DNA of 63,097 nt, counting the filler, from Folioceros fuciformis (Eukaryota), in the NCBI GenBank assembly GCA_049999805.1. It is 31 parts of 31 records of this genome, joined end to end, with 100 filler letters (N's around TTAATTAATTAA, not from the genome) between each part and the next. Parts side by side here need not be neighbours in the genome. Positions count along the whole stretch, not along the records: positions 9,895 to 15,025 come from JBNGIO010000055.1; positions 15,126 to 16,635 come from JBNGIO010000056.1; positions 16,736 to 17,740 come from JBNGIO010000057.1; positions 17,841 to 20,294 come from JBNGIO010000058.1; positions 20,395 to 22,763 come from JBNGIO010000059.1; 26 more parts are not named here. The stretch is one strand, 5' to 3'. The position numbers and the translations under genes were made by a program. The notes below the pieces were generated by a model that was not told the DNA's origin, made no database searches, and worked only from the letters and a program-made list of their open reading frames with translations. Shown here one piece after another: positions 9,896 to 20,520 of the stretch (within the stretch, counting starts at the first letter, position 1; every line of letters starts with the position of its first letter).

Positions 9896-12841
9896 CCTAC
9901 CCCTGTGCAACCCGACTCCTCGCAGATGAAGCCACCGTATCTTCATCAGCCCTCTGATCCTTCCCAGCCACCGTACCCTCATCAGCCCTCTGATCCTTCC
10001 CATTCCGCTCCAGGAGCACAGGCCTATCCTCCCCAAGCTCCACCCTATGCCCCACCTCCACAAGCGGGCCTAGCCAGAGGCAATTCGGCAGGCCCTCAAG
10101 CACCGTATGCTCCTTACCACCAGCCCCTTTACCCCCCGAATCCACCTTCCAATCCTTCTCCCTATGGGGTTGCACCTAGCCCTCAGAATGTGAACCCCCC
10201 ACCGTATGGTCATCCCATGCCTCCCTACATTCATGCTCCTGTTCAGACCCAGCAAGCCTATCCACCTGGTCCTCCTGCTTTTCCACCTGTTCACGAACCT
10301 CATCCCCTATCACGCTCACCCTCAGGTTCCTATGCTTCTCCCTACCCTCCAAATCAGGTGTTCTCTCCAGTAGCACAGGGTTCGAATTATACCCCTGTTC
10401 CATCTTCAACCCCTTATCCACCTCACCGCTTTCAAGCGTATGCCCCAGCTGCTCCAGTGTATAATCCGTCCCCAGCCCCGCCCTCTGCATTGAATGAGCG
10501 GCCTTTCGCCCTGGACTACAATGCAAGTGCGGGACACCCGTTAGAGAGAACGTTCAGTGGACATGGCAATGCAAGTCCTCACCCAAGTTCAGGAGCCAGT
10601 GGGTTAGGGTACGGTAATGTGAAGGTTCCTGGGTACGATCAACCTGCAGGTGGCCGAGGGTACGATACAAAGGGGTATGACGATAGGCCAGCAGCAGAAG
10701 GCCGGCTTTATGAAAAGGGGCGAGATAGGTATGGTGGGAGAAGTGGATATGACATCTCAGGGTATTCAACTTCTGACATCTTTCAGTATGATGGCGGGCG
10801 GCATGAACCTTATGGATCAAGAGGATCAGGATCTTGGGGGTCATCTTCCACAGCCACTAAGGCTGCTCTGTCCAGTGCCTATGGAGATTGGGGAGGGTCA
10901 AAACTCTTTAAAGCCTCTCCTAAGGCTGATACAGATGACATTGGCGGAGGAATTCAAAAGTATCGAGTGAAGCTTTTGTCAGATTCAAGCCCTAAGGACG
11001 TCATCTGTCAGGTGGCTGCTACTCTTGGGCCACATTCGGGCGTAGCTCCTTTGCAGGCCGGGAGACTTGTTGGTATTTACATCAGTGTTTTTATTTGCTT
11101 TTTTGTTTGCAGATAGGATTAGACGGAGTGAAAATGCTTGACCCATCTACCAATAAGATGTTGCGCATATACCCTCTTGACACGATTATCAATTGGGAGG
11201 TGAGCTTTATCTGAACCATCTTTTAGCTAGTTTGTGCAGAATGATTATGCAGATTCCAGACGACAACTGAGCTGGCTTGAGGGTGGACTTGCAGATCAGG
11301 GAACCGTCAGTGTTCCTTTTCTGGGCAAAAAGTGCCGTGGATGTAGAGCAACGCCTTATTCAGCTTCAAGCAAGCTCGTATACGACAACTGCTATCCTTG
11401 ACACTCTTGCCGCTGCCTGTGCTCAGGTTTGTCTTGTTGGTGTGTGAGTTGTTTTATTCGATTTCGGTATCAGCTGTATGTACTTACACTCCTTTTACCA
11501 TCGTGAATTCCAGCTTGCAGAAATGCAAAAACCTGAATCAAAGGTTCCAACCCCCACACAGACTGAGACTGTTCAAGCAAAGAAGACGTCTTTTTCTGAT
11601 TGGGTGCAGATTAGGACCAGGTCAACAGGTCAAGAAGAGAAAGAACATTGGGTAAAGCTCGGACAGTCCTATCATGTGCAAAGTTTTAGAAGCCACGAGG
11701 CATTTGAATTGGAATCTGTGGTAACACGTTAACAACTGGCGACGCGTTTTTGGGAAACAGGTTCCAGATGAGGCTGTGAACAAGTGCAAGGCCTGTGATG
11801 CGGAGTTTGGTGCTTTTAACCGGAAGGTTGGCTACTTGATGTTGCTCTGTTGTTGTTGTGCATGGACACAATCTTCTGATTTTTGCCTGGCTACGACTTT
11901 AGCTCTTGTTTCCTTTTAATCCTTGAAGAGATTGTGTTCTGAACTCTATCCTGACTGTTCGTTGCTCATATTCAAATCTCACGTCTGTTTTTTGTCCTTC
12001 TCAGCATCACTGCAGGAACTGCGGGGATGTGTTTTGTGATAAATGCACTCGTGGGAGAACAGCATTGAATACAGATGAAGATGCACAGTCTGTGCGCGTA
12101 TGTGACCAATGTCTGGTATGGGTAGTGTCCATCAATCTGTGGTTGTGGCAGCTGCAAGTAACCTTGTGTCGAGAACACTGATTTATTTCCATCATGCGGA
12201 TGGTTGTATAGGCAGAGGTGACACACAGATTAGCAAATATCGAAGTTCAGAGCAAGGCCCCACCACCACGCACTCATGAGGACCTTGCTAGGAAGCTTCA
12301 GGTTGGTGTCAATGTTAACTGGGCATCGTTACGCAATGAGTGACTGCGACTTACGTCCTCGTCTCTTTGGCTATCCAGGAAGAGCTTGAACGCAACAGCA
12401 AGAGATCTGGGATGAGCAGCAGCAATGGCAATCGTGAGCAACTTTCTGGTTCCTGCCTGTGTCTTGGATTTCTGGAAATAGCTCCTTGTGTGTATCGTGA
12501 ACGGACATACTGTCCATCTTGTGATGCAGAATCGACTAACGGTCGGAGTTTCTTACGTGAGAACAAATTTTCGCTGTACCCTGAGACTCCTCAAGCAAAA
12601 CGCACTGGATCTTCAGCAGGAAACTCTGGAGGGCGGATGAAGGAGGTGCCTTGTCCAACTTGCACGGTCCACTTACAGGTACGGGAAACGAAACGATCGG
12701 TTTTACACTGGGTGTTGGTTCTTGTGCTTGCAACTGATATGTAACTTGGATTTCCACTTTCAGGTGCGAGTGCCGAGCTATGGGTCAGAAACGCAAGAGT
12801 GCTCCGTCTGTCAGCACCCTTTTGTTGTAACTGCCGACTAG
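9896..12841 (+). CDS. FREE1: FYVE-domain ESCRT component FREE1/FYVE1 (5'-truncated by the contig edge)
   Basis: Exons <9896-11011, 11113-11199, 11295-11426, 11514-11651, 11761-11826, 12005-12115, 12212-12301, 12379-12433, 12530-12678 and 12764-12841, all introns GT-AG. Pro/Tyr-rich N-terminus, PH-like domain (VICQIGLDGVKMLDPSTNKMLRIYPL), FYVE domain (HWVPDEAV..CKAC..RKHHCRNCG..FCDKC..RVCDQC), coiled coil HEDLARKLQEELER and C-terminal CPTC..CSVCQHPF motif. Confidence 0.95.
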
Positions 12842-13472
12842 GTGCCGCCGTGGACAAGTGATTTAGTGCTATATATGTATAGGTTTTTCACTATTCTGAG
12901 GATTAAGTTTACTTTGGATTGCCGGTATTGTAAAGAATAATCCGGTGGTCAGTACGAAAGCAACTCATTGTTGTGTGGTGCGCGACGGCCACCAAGGTTG
13001 ATGAAAGAGTACTGAAACGACAACTTTTCGTGCCTTCGCGCTGTGTACGTGTGCAAATCCGATGGCCGGCAGTGAGACCTGAAAGAAGGCTTAGTGGAGT
13101 GAAACTCACGCCTTGGCCTTCCTTTGTCCAGCAAAGAAGCATTGTCGTCTAGTGTACGAATGACCTATCGAGGCCTGAGGTCTGCATCCTGTAAACCACT
13201 GTGACCCAAACTTGTTGGGAAAAGAAGTAGCATGTCAAGGTCTGGGAGCGAGGGTCCCAATCGTTTCTTAAAATCTCTGGAGTCGATCGTGTGCTGTGGA
13301 GCGTGACGTTAACAATCAGACGGAATATATCATCTATACCCAATTGGATTGATGGTCAACCGCCCAAGGTATCGGTATCGCTACTTCAATTACCTGCTGG
13401 AGGTTTTAGGTTTGGAGGACAAAGCACGTGATAATACCGGTTGTTGGTTGGGACGGGGAGAAGCCGATTCAC

Positions 13473-14470
13473 CCGAATCCTTGCTCCTCATGGCGCTCCT
13501 GTTCATAGCTTGTCGATGATTGTAGCCTCCTCATGATCCCGTGCATGGAATCTGATTCCTCAAAATCCCAGCAGAGGCTATTCAAAGGGGAAGGAACCTG
13601 ATGAATGGACGAGGCAATCACCCTAACAGAGAGATCAGAAAGACGCGTGTGGCTAGGCTAAGTCGTCACGGTCGCAAATGCTATGTCTAGGGGTGTGCTG
13701 CTTGTCGCTGTTGCAAATCAGACGTATCAGTCATAAGACGTTGGGTCGAAGTCTATTTCAAGAACGACGAAGCATGTGCACGCACAACCAGCAGAAACAG
13801 CACTGACCAGCGGAATTCGATCAGCATTGTCGTGCGCAGTGACAGCAAGCTTGAGAAAATGGCCGGCGATGTCGTGGTCGATCGCGTATTGCGTCCCGTG
13901 GCCGGTTGACGCATGTGTTGCTTCTAGTTTGACAGCATCGGTGTCTTCCGCGGCGAATTTGTGCTGTACTCCAGGAAGCCTATCCTTGCAAGGCAGAGGC
14001 TGCCCCTGCCCTGCTGCATGAACGCCATCTCCACGTCTAACGCTGGACAATAATGCTACGTTCCCCGGCTCAGCTTCTTGATGCGACAGAGAGAGGTGAC
14101 CAATTTCCAGCCGACAGCCAGCGCTTTCATGATCATGAGCTGCCTGCTCTTGCTCTTGCTCTTGCTCTTGCTCTTGCTCTTCCGAGGCAGCTGTGAAGAA
14201 GCTGGCCATGTGCTGACACAGAGCATCGACGGATATCACCCCTTCCCGCTCTGCATGACATGGAATGAAAGAAGCAGGCGATTGTTGGTGCGGGCCTGCA
14301 GAAGGATCAAGAAGATGAAGGACGACAGGGTGAGGAGGAGAGGGTCCAGCCGCGGTCGTTGCCTCCAAGTGCACTCGAATGGGACTTGTTGCGGTTTCCT
14401 GTAATCGGCCACAGCTATCCGTGAAATATTTACCAGGACTGTCATGCTTGTCCCTCTTGAGAGACTTCAT
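13473..14470 (-). CDS. Hypothetical gene convergent with FREE1
   Basis: Long ORF from ATG 14470 to stop 13727 with an (EQ)n tract, plus a putative AG/GT-bounded 150-nt exon at 13473-13622 (VIASSIHQVPSPLNSLCWDFEESDSMHGIMRRLQ...). No domain recognised and splicing unresolved. Confidence 0.35.
14146..14181. repeat. (GCTCTT)n hexanucleotide microsatellite
   Basis: About 6 units; encodes EQEQEQ on the minus strand. Confidence 0.85.
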
Positions 14471-14811
14471 GGTGTGCACACGCCCGCCGACGGCCAGATG
14501 CGACGATGGGAATTTGTGTGCGCTGCCATACAATATAAACAACCACGCCACTTGATTCCGGATTTCAAGAAAGGCGCATTGCCAAGCGGAGTGGGCATGG
14601 AGTAATCCATTCCCTCGTTAGCCCGGGAAGAAGCACGTTACCACGTCCCTCGACTCGACGCCTACCCGTTGGACGGTGTTGGACCCCAAAAAAACCGCCG
14701 TACTTGTTTGCACCAGGATGCATCTTGTTACTTTCACACTGTGGGCCAGAGGCAGCCGAGTGGCACACATCTGGTCTAGAGAGATAATCAACTTCCATCT
14801 CCCATCTTCTT

Positions 14812-15025
14812 TTGGCTTGGCTCGGCTTGGCTTGGCTTGGCTTGGCTTGGCTTGGCTTGGCTTGGCTTGGCTTGGCTTGGCTTTCTCTTCTCTTCTCTTC
14901 TCTTCTCTTCTCTTCTCTTCTCTTCTCTTCTCTTCTCTTCTCTTCTCTTCTCTTCTCTTCTCTTCTCTTCTCTTCTCTTCTCTTCTCTTCTCTTCTCTTC
15001 TCTTCTCTTCTCTTCTCTTCTCTTC
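14812..15025. repeat. Compound microsatellite (TTGGC)n then (CTCTT)n
   Basis: About 14 TTGGC units to ~14882, then CTCTT units to the contig end. Confidence 0.97.
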
Positions 15026-15125
15026 NNNNNNNNNNNNNNNNNNNNNNNNNNNNNNNNNNNNNNNNNNNNTTAATTAATTAANNNNNNNNNNNNNNNNNNN
15101 NNNNNNNNNNNNNNNNNNNNNNNNN

Positions 15126-15256
15126 CCCTAACCCTAACCCTAACCCTAACCCTAACCCTAACCCTAACCCTAACCCTAACCCTAACCCTAACCCTAACCC
15201 TAACCCTAACCCTAACCCTAACCCTAACCCTAACCCTAACCCTAACCCTAACCCTA
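15126..15256 (+). repeat. Telomeric array (CCCTAA)n
   Basis: About 22 perfect units at the contig start. Confidence 0.96.
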
Positions 15257-16635
15257 CTATAAGCCTTTGGGTGGCTTTTATGCTGGGTCTTGCTTCAACG
15301 CTTGCAGCTGCTATGACATCTGCAGGGATTGAATATGCAAATGCCCAAGGCTCGCAACTAGTAACTATATATTGGTATTAAAATAGAACTACTGTCTCTA
15401 CCGATAGCAAGCTACCCTCCGCTAGTGCTTAAGATAGACTTATTATTACTATAGGTAGAACCTTAATTATCCTATAATAGTATATTATAGCATGCTTAGT
15501 ACTTCTTGCAACTAGCATATTAATTATGTATAAAGATACTTGTAACTCTTCTCCCTAACCCTAACTAATATCTACGCCGAAGCCGGCTAGGCCTGCGCCT
15601 GTAGCTCTAGTAAAACTAGCCGGCGCTTAGCTACCGCTAGCTGCTCCTCGTCTAGTATAAGTAGTAGTATATACTATAGTAGCTTTATACTAAGCTTAGG
15701 AAGTAAATAGATCGTAATATAGCTTTATAGTCTATTATAATATACTATCTCTCCCTCTATAACCTTCTATAGTATCTACTATTTTTATTATACTACCTCT
15801 CTTATAGTTATAACGAGTATAGGCTTTTTATTCGCTCCTATCCAGTTATTATAGACTCTTATTTATATTTCTAGTACTAGGGCTCTTCTAGAAGGTTATC
15901 GAATAACTATTAGAGTTATATAATAGCCTACTATAACTCTATCTTAGTTAGAGTAGCTTTAAGGCAGTAACTAGTATATTTCTAGACTAGGAGTTATTTA
16001 TCCTTCTCTAAGGATTCTATTATACTTCTATACTACTACTCTATTCCTAATAGTAATATAGAATAGAGTAACTCTAAGTAGCTCTACCTAGGCGTTCTTA
16101 TTAATATCTGTTAGGGTTAAGTAGAATATTACTACTAAAACCTTACTATTAAATATCTATATAATTCTATCTTCTCCTAACCTATAAGTCTCTATAATTT
16201 TTTGAATAGATTATCTACACGTTAGGTTTTAAATGCGTCGATTTTTAAGCGTAGGAATAGCGAAGAACACGACTTTGAAGAAACGAAGAATAGGACTTAA
16301 GTATCCGTACATACGCTACTATTTTACTAGCTATAGCGAAGAACAGGACTCCCGTTTATCGTGAATTCATGTAAGTCTCTATATAGAGACTAGGCCTACG
16401 TTATATAGTCTTAGAGATAAGCCTAGTCTAGAAGAAGAATAGTATTATAACTCTATAACTCTAGTATAAGGCTAATAGCCTTTATACTTATATACTATAA
16501 AGGTATAGTATAGATAGTTATATAATATACTTAGTAGAGTACGTAAGTAATAAGAAACTAAGTAAGATATATAAGAAATATATATATAAATCTTATAATT
16601 TAATATTACTAGAATATTATAATTAACTTTATTAT
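15257..16635. other. Subtelomere with partial-to-strong RIP signature
   Basis: The first ~110 nt keep TG/CA; the rest is TpA-rich and CpA/TpG-poor. Internal CCCTAACCCTAA at 15553-15564. Confidence 0.8.
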
Positions 16636-16735
16636 NNNNNNNNNNNNNNNNNNNNNNNNNNNNNNNNNNNNNNNNNNNNTTAATTAATTAANNNNNNNNN
16701 NNNNNNNNNNNNNNNNNNNNNNNNNNNNNNNNNNN

Positions 16736-16858
16736 GCAGCAAGGAACCCCATCGCTCCTTCGTGGGAACGAAACCCAATGTCTCAACGACAGTGGGATAA
16801 GTGTGGCCACTAAAGGTGGAACCCGTCGGCAATCAGTGCCCGGGGTTTTGCCTCCACA
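16736..16858 (+). mobile_element. LTR terminus, family B (probable U5 end)
   Basis: Ends ...GGGGTTTTGCCTCCACA. 11 near-identical copies with different flanks occur in the window. Confidence 0.9.
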
Positions 16859-17840
16859 TGTAGAAATCCCCAATCTCACATTTCTTCTTGGACAGTATGG
16901 AAATTGTTGCTCCAGATAAGAGGAACATCATGGTTGAAATCCTCACAATGGTACCTTCTCTTGAATTCAAGTAAGCTGATTGCTGATGCAGCCCTTTAGG
17001 TTGCCCCTCCATAAAATTCAAAGCCGTTGGCAATGTCATGGCAAAAGCAAGAAATGAACAAATAGCAAGCAGCTTCTCCATATCTGGAGGACCACCCTCA
17101 CAATTGGGTTCCGTGCCATAGCAAGCTCACAATTTGGGTAGCAGCAAATTCACTTCTTCACGATTTGGATACCAACACGCACACAGCAAGCTTTGTGGGT
17201 TTCATCAAGAAAAGTGAAGTAGCTACCACAACCCTTATTGCTATCCATCAGATTCTGAGCTTACATGTTCCCATGCAACGTGTTTTCTTCTAGAAAGGCA
17301 AAGGAGCTGAATTAGTGAACACCAACAAGAGCACAGTCTTGAAACATAGGAAAATGAACAAACATATTGTTGTCATAAATATTATATGACAACTCTTCAA
17401 AGGTTGTTCTTTTTCTTGGAAATTATCTTATTTAAATGACATCGCTACCTAAACTGAGGTATTCTCATTCAACATTGTTATAAACTGTGCTAAAATGTAG
17501 TAGTGTCCAGAGGAGCCAAGTTGATTGAAGGCACTCAAAAACATCATTCAAAGATATAGCACTAGGTCTTTAGAATGTTTCGTTTTTAGAGTTTAGGGCT
17601 TAATTGCATTATCTTTGCCATCAATGTTAAAGGCCATCGACTTTTTGCAAGTTGCTTATGAAAGACTAAGCTCTTTTGAGTCTTGTGGCTAATGGTAGAG
17701 GACAAGTGCGCCGGTCTACTGGCACACTTGTTTTTAATGCNNNNNNNNNNNNNNNNNNNNNNNNNNNNNNNNNNNNNNNNNNNNTTAATTAATTAANNNN
17801 NNNNNNNNNNNNNNNNNNNNNNNNNNNNNNNNNNNNNNNN

Positions 17841-19684
17841 CCCCCTCCATCAGATCTTAGGCATTTGATGTGCCTACCTGTCTGCTTCTCAACCATCGCC
17901 TTGAAAGTATGAAAATGAGTGATCACTTCACTTTTTTCTTTCATGAAATAGACCCACACCTTCCTTGTGTGGTCGTCAATGAAGGTCACATAGTACTTGC
18001 AGCCTCCGATTGATGCAGTCTGTGTAGGACCCCATACATCTGAATGCACAACATCCAACACATATCTGCTGACATGTTTGTCATGGGGGAACGCATTCCT
18101 AGGCTGTTTCCCAAGTTGACATGCTTCACATATACCTTGCAGTCCATTTTCTGTAAGCTTGGGTATGCCTGTGACAACCTTCTGATGCTGCATGGACTTC
18201 AACTTCTCCACATTTACATGTCCAATGCGTTTGTGCCACATCTCTAGGTCTGTCACTACCCTTGTACCCTTCGCAAACATGGCTGACTTCAGCTTAGGAA
18301 CCTCCACGTTCAAGGTGAACATCCGTCCAACCTTCTGTCCTTGAGCAATCAGGCGACCGCCTTTCTTGCACTCTTCAACAAAGAGTCCTGCAGGTGTAAA
18401 TCTAACCTGCAGTCCTTGCTCAACCATCTGCCCAACTGACACCAAGTTCTTTGTGATGTTGGGTACGTGAAGAACATCTACCAGGCACTTCACTTTGCCA
18501 TCCTGCATCTTCAGAGGTACAGTTCCTGTATGCACAATTGCATGTGTTGTGTCATCTCCAGTTTCTACATATCCAGGTTTGTCAAGCACTTGCATTTCTT
18601 TGAACCACTCCCCATGGCATGTCATGTGGTTCGAAGCTCCTGAGTCCACATACCACACAATCTCACCATTGTTGGATCCATTAGCAGACACAGAGTTAAG
18701 CATATGCTGCATGACAAACAAGTTTTCTGAGTCATTCTGACTGCTGCTAGAGGCATAATTGTTCTGCTGCCTCCTGTTGCCTTGATTTCTCCTTGGACAG
18801 TCTCTTTCGAAGTGGTCTAACCTACCACAAGTCCAGCAACCACTATTGTCTGCATTTGCATCATTTTGTTGTTGATTTCCACGTCCTCTTTGACTCCCCC
18901 AGCCTCGAGAATTTTCTCCTCTTCCACGTGTACTCTTGTACTGGGACTCCTGATTCTGTTGTTGATTTTGGTAGGGATTCCGACCTCTACCACCTCTTTG
19001 CCCTCTGCCACCTTGGGCTCTACCTCTGCCTCTGCCAGAGTAGAAGGCTTGCTCAGAGTTTTCCTTAGGCTTAGAGGATGATTCCTCGCCTTGGTTTTTC
19101 TCCTCTATGATCAACATAGAAATCAGGTCTGAGAAATTGGGAATGTTTTCCCGAGTCTATATGGAAGTCTTGAACTGCTTGTAGGCATGTGTTAACCCGC
19201 GCAAGCAAACTTCGACCTTGTCATCATCTTCCACACTGACACCAATGGACGCAAGGGATTCCACTATCCCTTTGATCTTTAACGCGTACTCATTGATTGA
19301 TAAGTTCTTCTTCATAACTGTGTTGAAGTCATTCTTCAACTGCAGTTTTCTCGCCTTCGTGTTAGTCTCATAGAGTTTTACCAACTCATCCCATGCTTCT
19401 TTGGGCGACTCTGCATCCTGTATGTGCCCAATCATGGTGTCATGAATGCTGATTGACAGCCAATACATGACCTTCCGAGATCCTTGACTCCAATCCTTCA
19501 GCGCCTTAATCTGCTTCGCTGTTGCATTCCGTTCAAGTACTACAGGGGGTTTTTCATGCTCCCCCTCAATGTAGTCCCAATAACCCTTTCCCATAAGAAA
19601 GTTTGTAAAACGAAACTTCCAGGCATGGAAGTTGTTTTTGTCCAGCTTCTCCTGTACGATCTGGTTAATACTGTCACTGGCCAT
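17841..19684 (-). mobile_element. Copia gag-pol (gag, zinc knuckle, protease, integrase N-half) with one in-frame stop
   Basis: LDKNNFHAWKFRFTNFLMGKGYW, UBN2-type gag, CWTCGRLDHFERDC, WYVDSGASNHM, WHKRIGH..CEAC and HSDVWGP..FIDD..LRSDGG. A TAG at 19157-19159 is in frame with both ORFs. Confidence 0.96.
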
Positions 19685-20235
19685 TCTTGCCACCACTCAA
19701 GGTTGACACTCAATCCTTTCTTGAGTACTCACACCTGATAAATGTCTGAAAGAACCAGACTGCTTCTGACTGGAGTTTTACTCACAAGACCTTAAGTCTC
19801 TTCTTCCTAAGAGCAATCTGGTGCGGAATCATGCTGCCTTGCGTGAACCAGATTGTCTCATGCTCCGTGTCCTTACAGACTCTTGACTGTCTGCCCACAA
19901 AGCTCCCGTGAGATTTCCTGTCAATTCCTTCCCTGCTGCCAAGCTAGGGTTAGCACACTTTCTTGCAGCTGCTGAGGCTATTGCAGCTGTTGCCTCCACT
20001 TGTCAGCCCTTCCACAGAGCTCTGGGGATCAACAGCTAGTCCAGTAAGCTGACAGGGCCTTGTCGCCCTTCTCCTCACTTCCTGCACACACCGATATGAG
20101 AGTTAGCTGCCGGGACGCTTGCTGCCGATCTCCCTCCAAGCTGCTCCAACTTCTCGTAGCTGCTCTAGCTTCTGGTGTGCACTCTTGCTGCCTCTTGCAG
20201 CACCTCCTACGCCGATCTTGCACCGCCTGCACCGG

Positions 20236-20294
20236 GCTCTGATACCATGTCAATAGGATCGACTCCAGTCTACGTGCAAGTGTAGGAGAGGAGA
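20236..20294 (-). mobile_element. PBS (20236-20247) and 3' end of the 5' LTR of the above Copia
   Basis: The minus strand reads ...TTGACA TGGTATCAGAGC. Confidence 0.9.
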
Positions 20295-20394
20295 NNNNNN
20301 NNNNNNNNNNNNNNNNNNNNNNNNNNNNNNNNNNNNNNTTAATTAATTAANNNNNNNNNNNNNNNNNNNNNNNNNNNNNNNNNNNNNNNNNNNN

Positions 20395-20520
20395 CCCTAA
20401 CCCTAACCCTAACCCTAACCCTAACCCTAACCCTAACCCTAACCCTAACCCTAACCCTAACCCTAACCCTAACCCTAACCCTAACCCTAACCCTAACCCT
20501 AACCCTAACCCTAACCCTAA
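20395..20520 (+). repeat. Telomeric array (CCCTAA)n
   Basis: 21 perfect units at the contig start. Confidence 0.96.

Noticed and set aside
14676-15081. ORFs with LAWLG / FSSLL repeats
   Set aside because: These are translations of pentamer microsatellites.
16760-16800. Hammerhead ribozyme (retrozyme) in LTR-B suggested by CGAAAC plus a stem
   Set aside because: There is no CUGANGA box and no correctly placed NUH cleavage triplet.
16859-17290. Protein-like minus-strand frame (MEKLLAICSFLAFAMTLP...)
   Set aside because: Several upstream stops, truncation by LTR-B and no recognisable family.
19157-19159. Programmed stop-codon readthrough between gag and pol
   Set aside because: The stop lies within gag before the zinc knuckle and lacks a CARYYA context. 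A C-to-T mutation is simpler.
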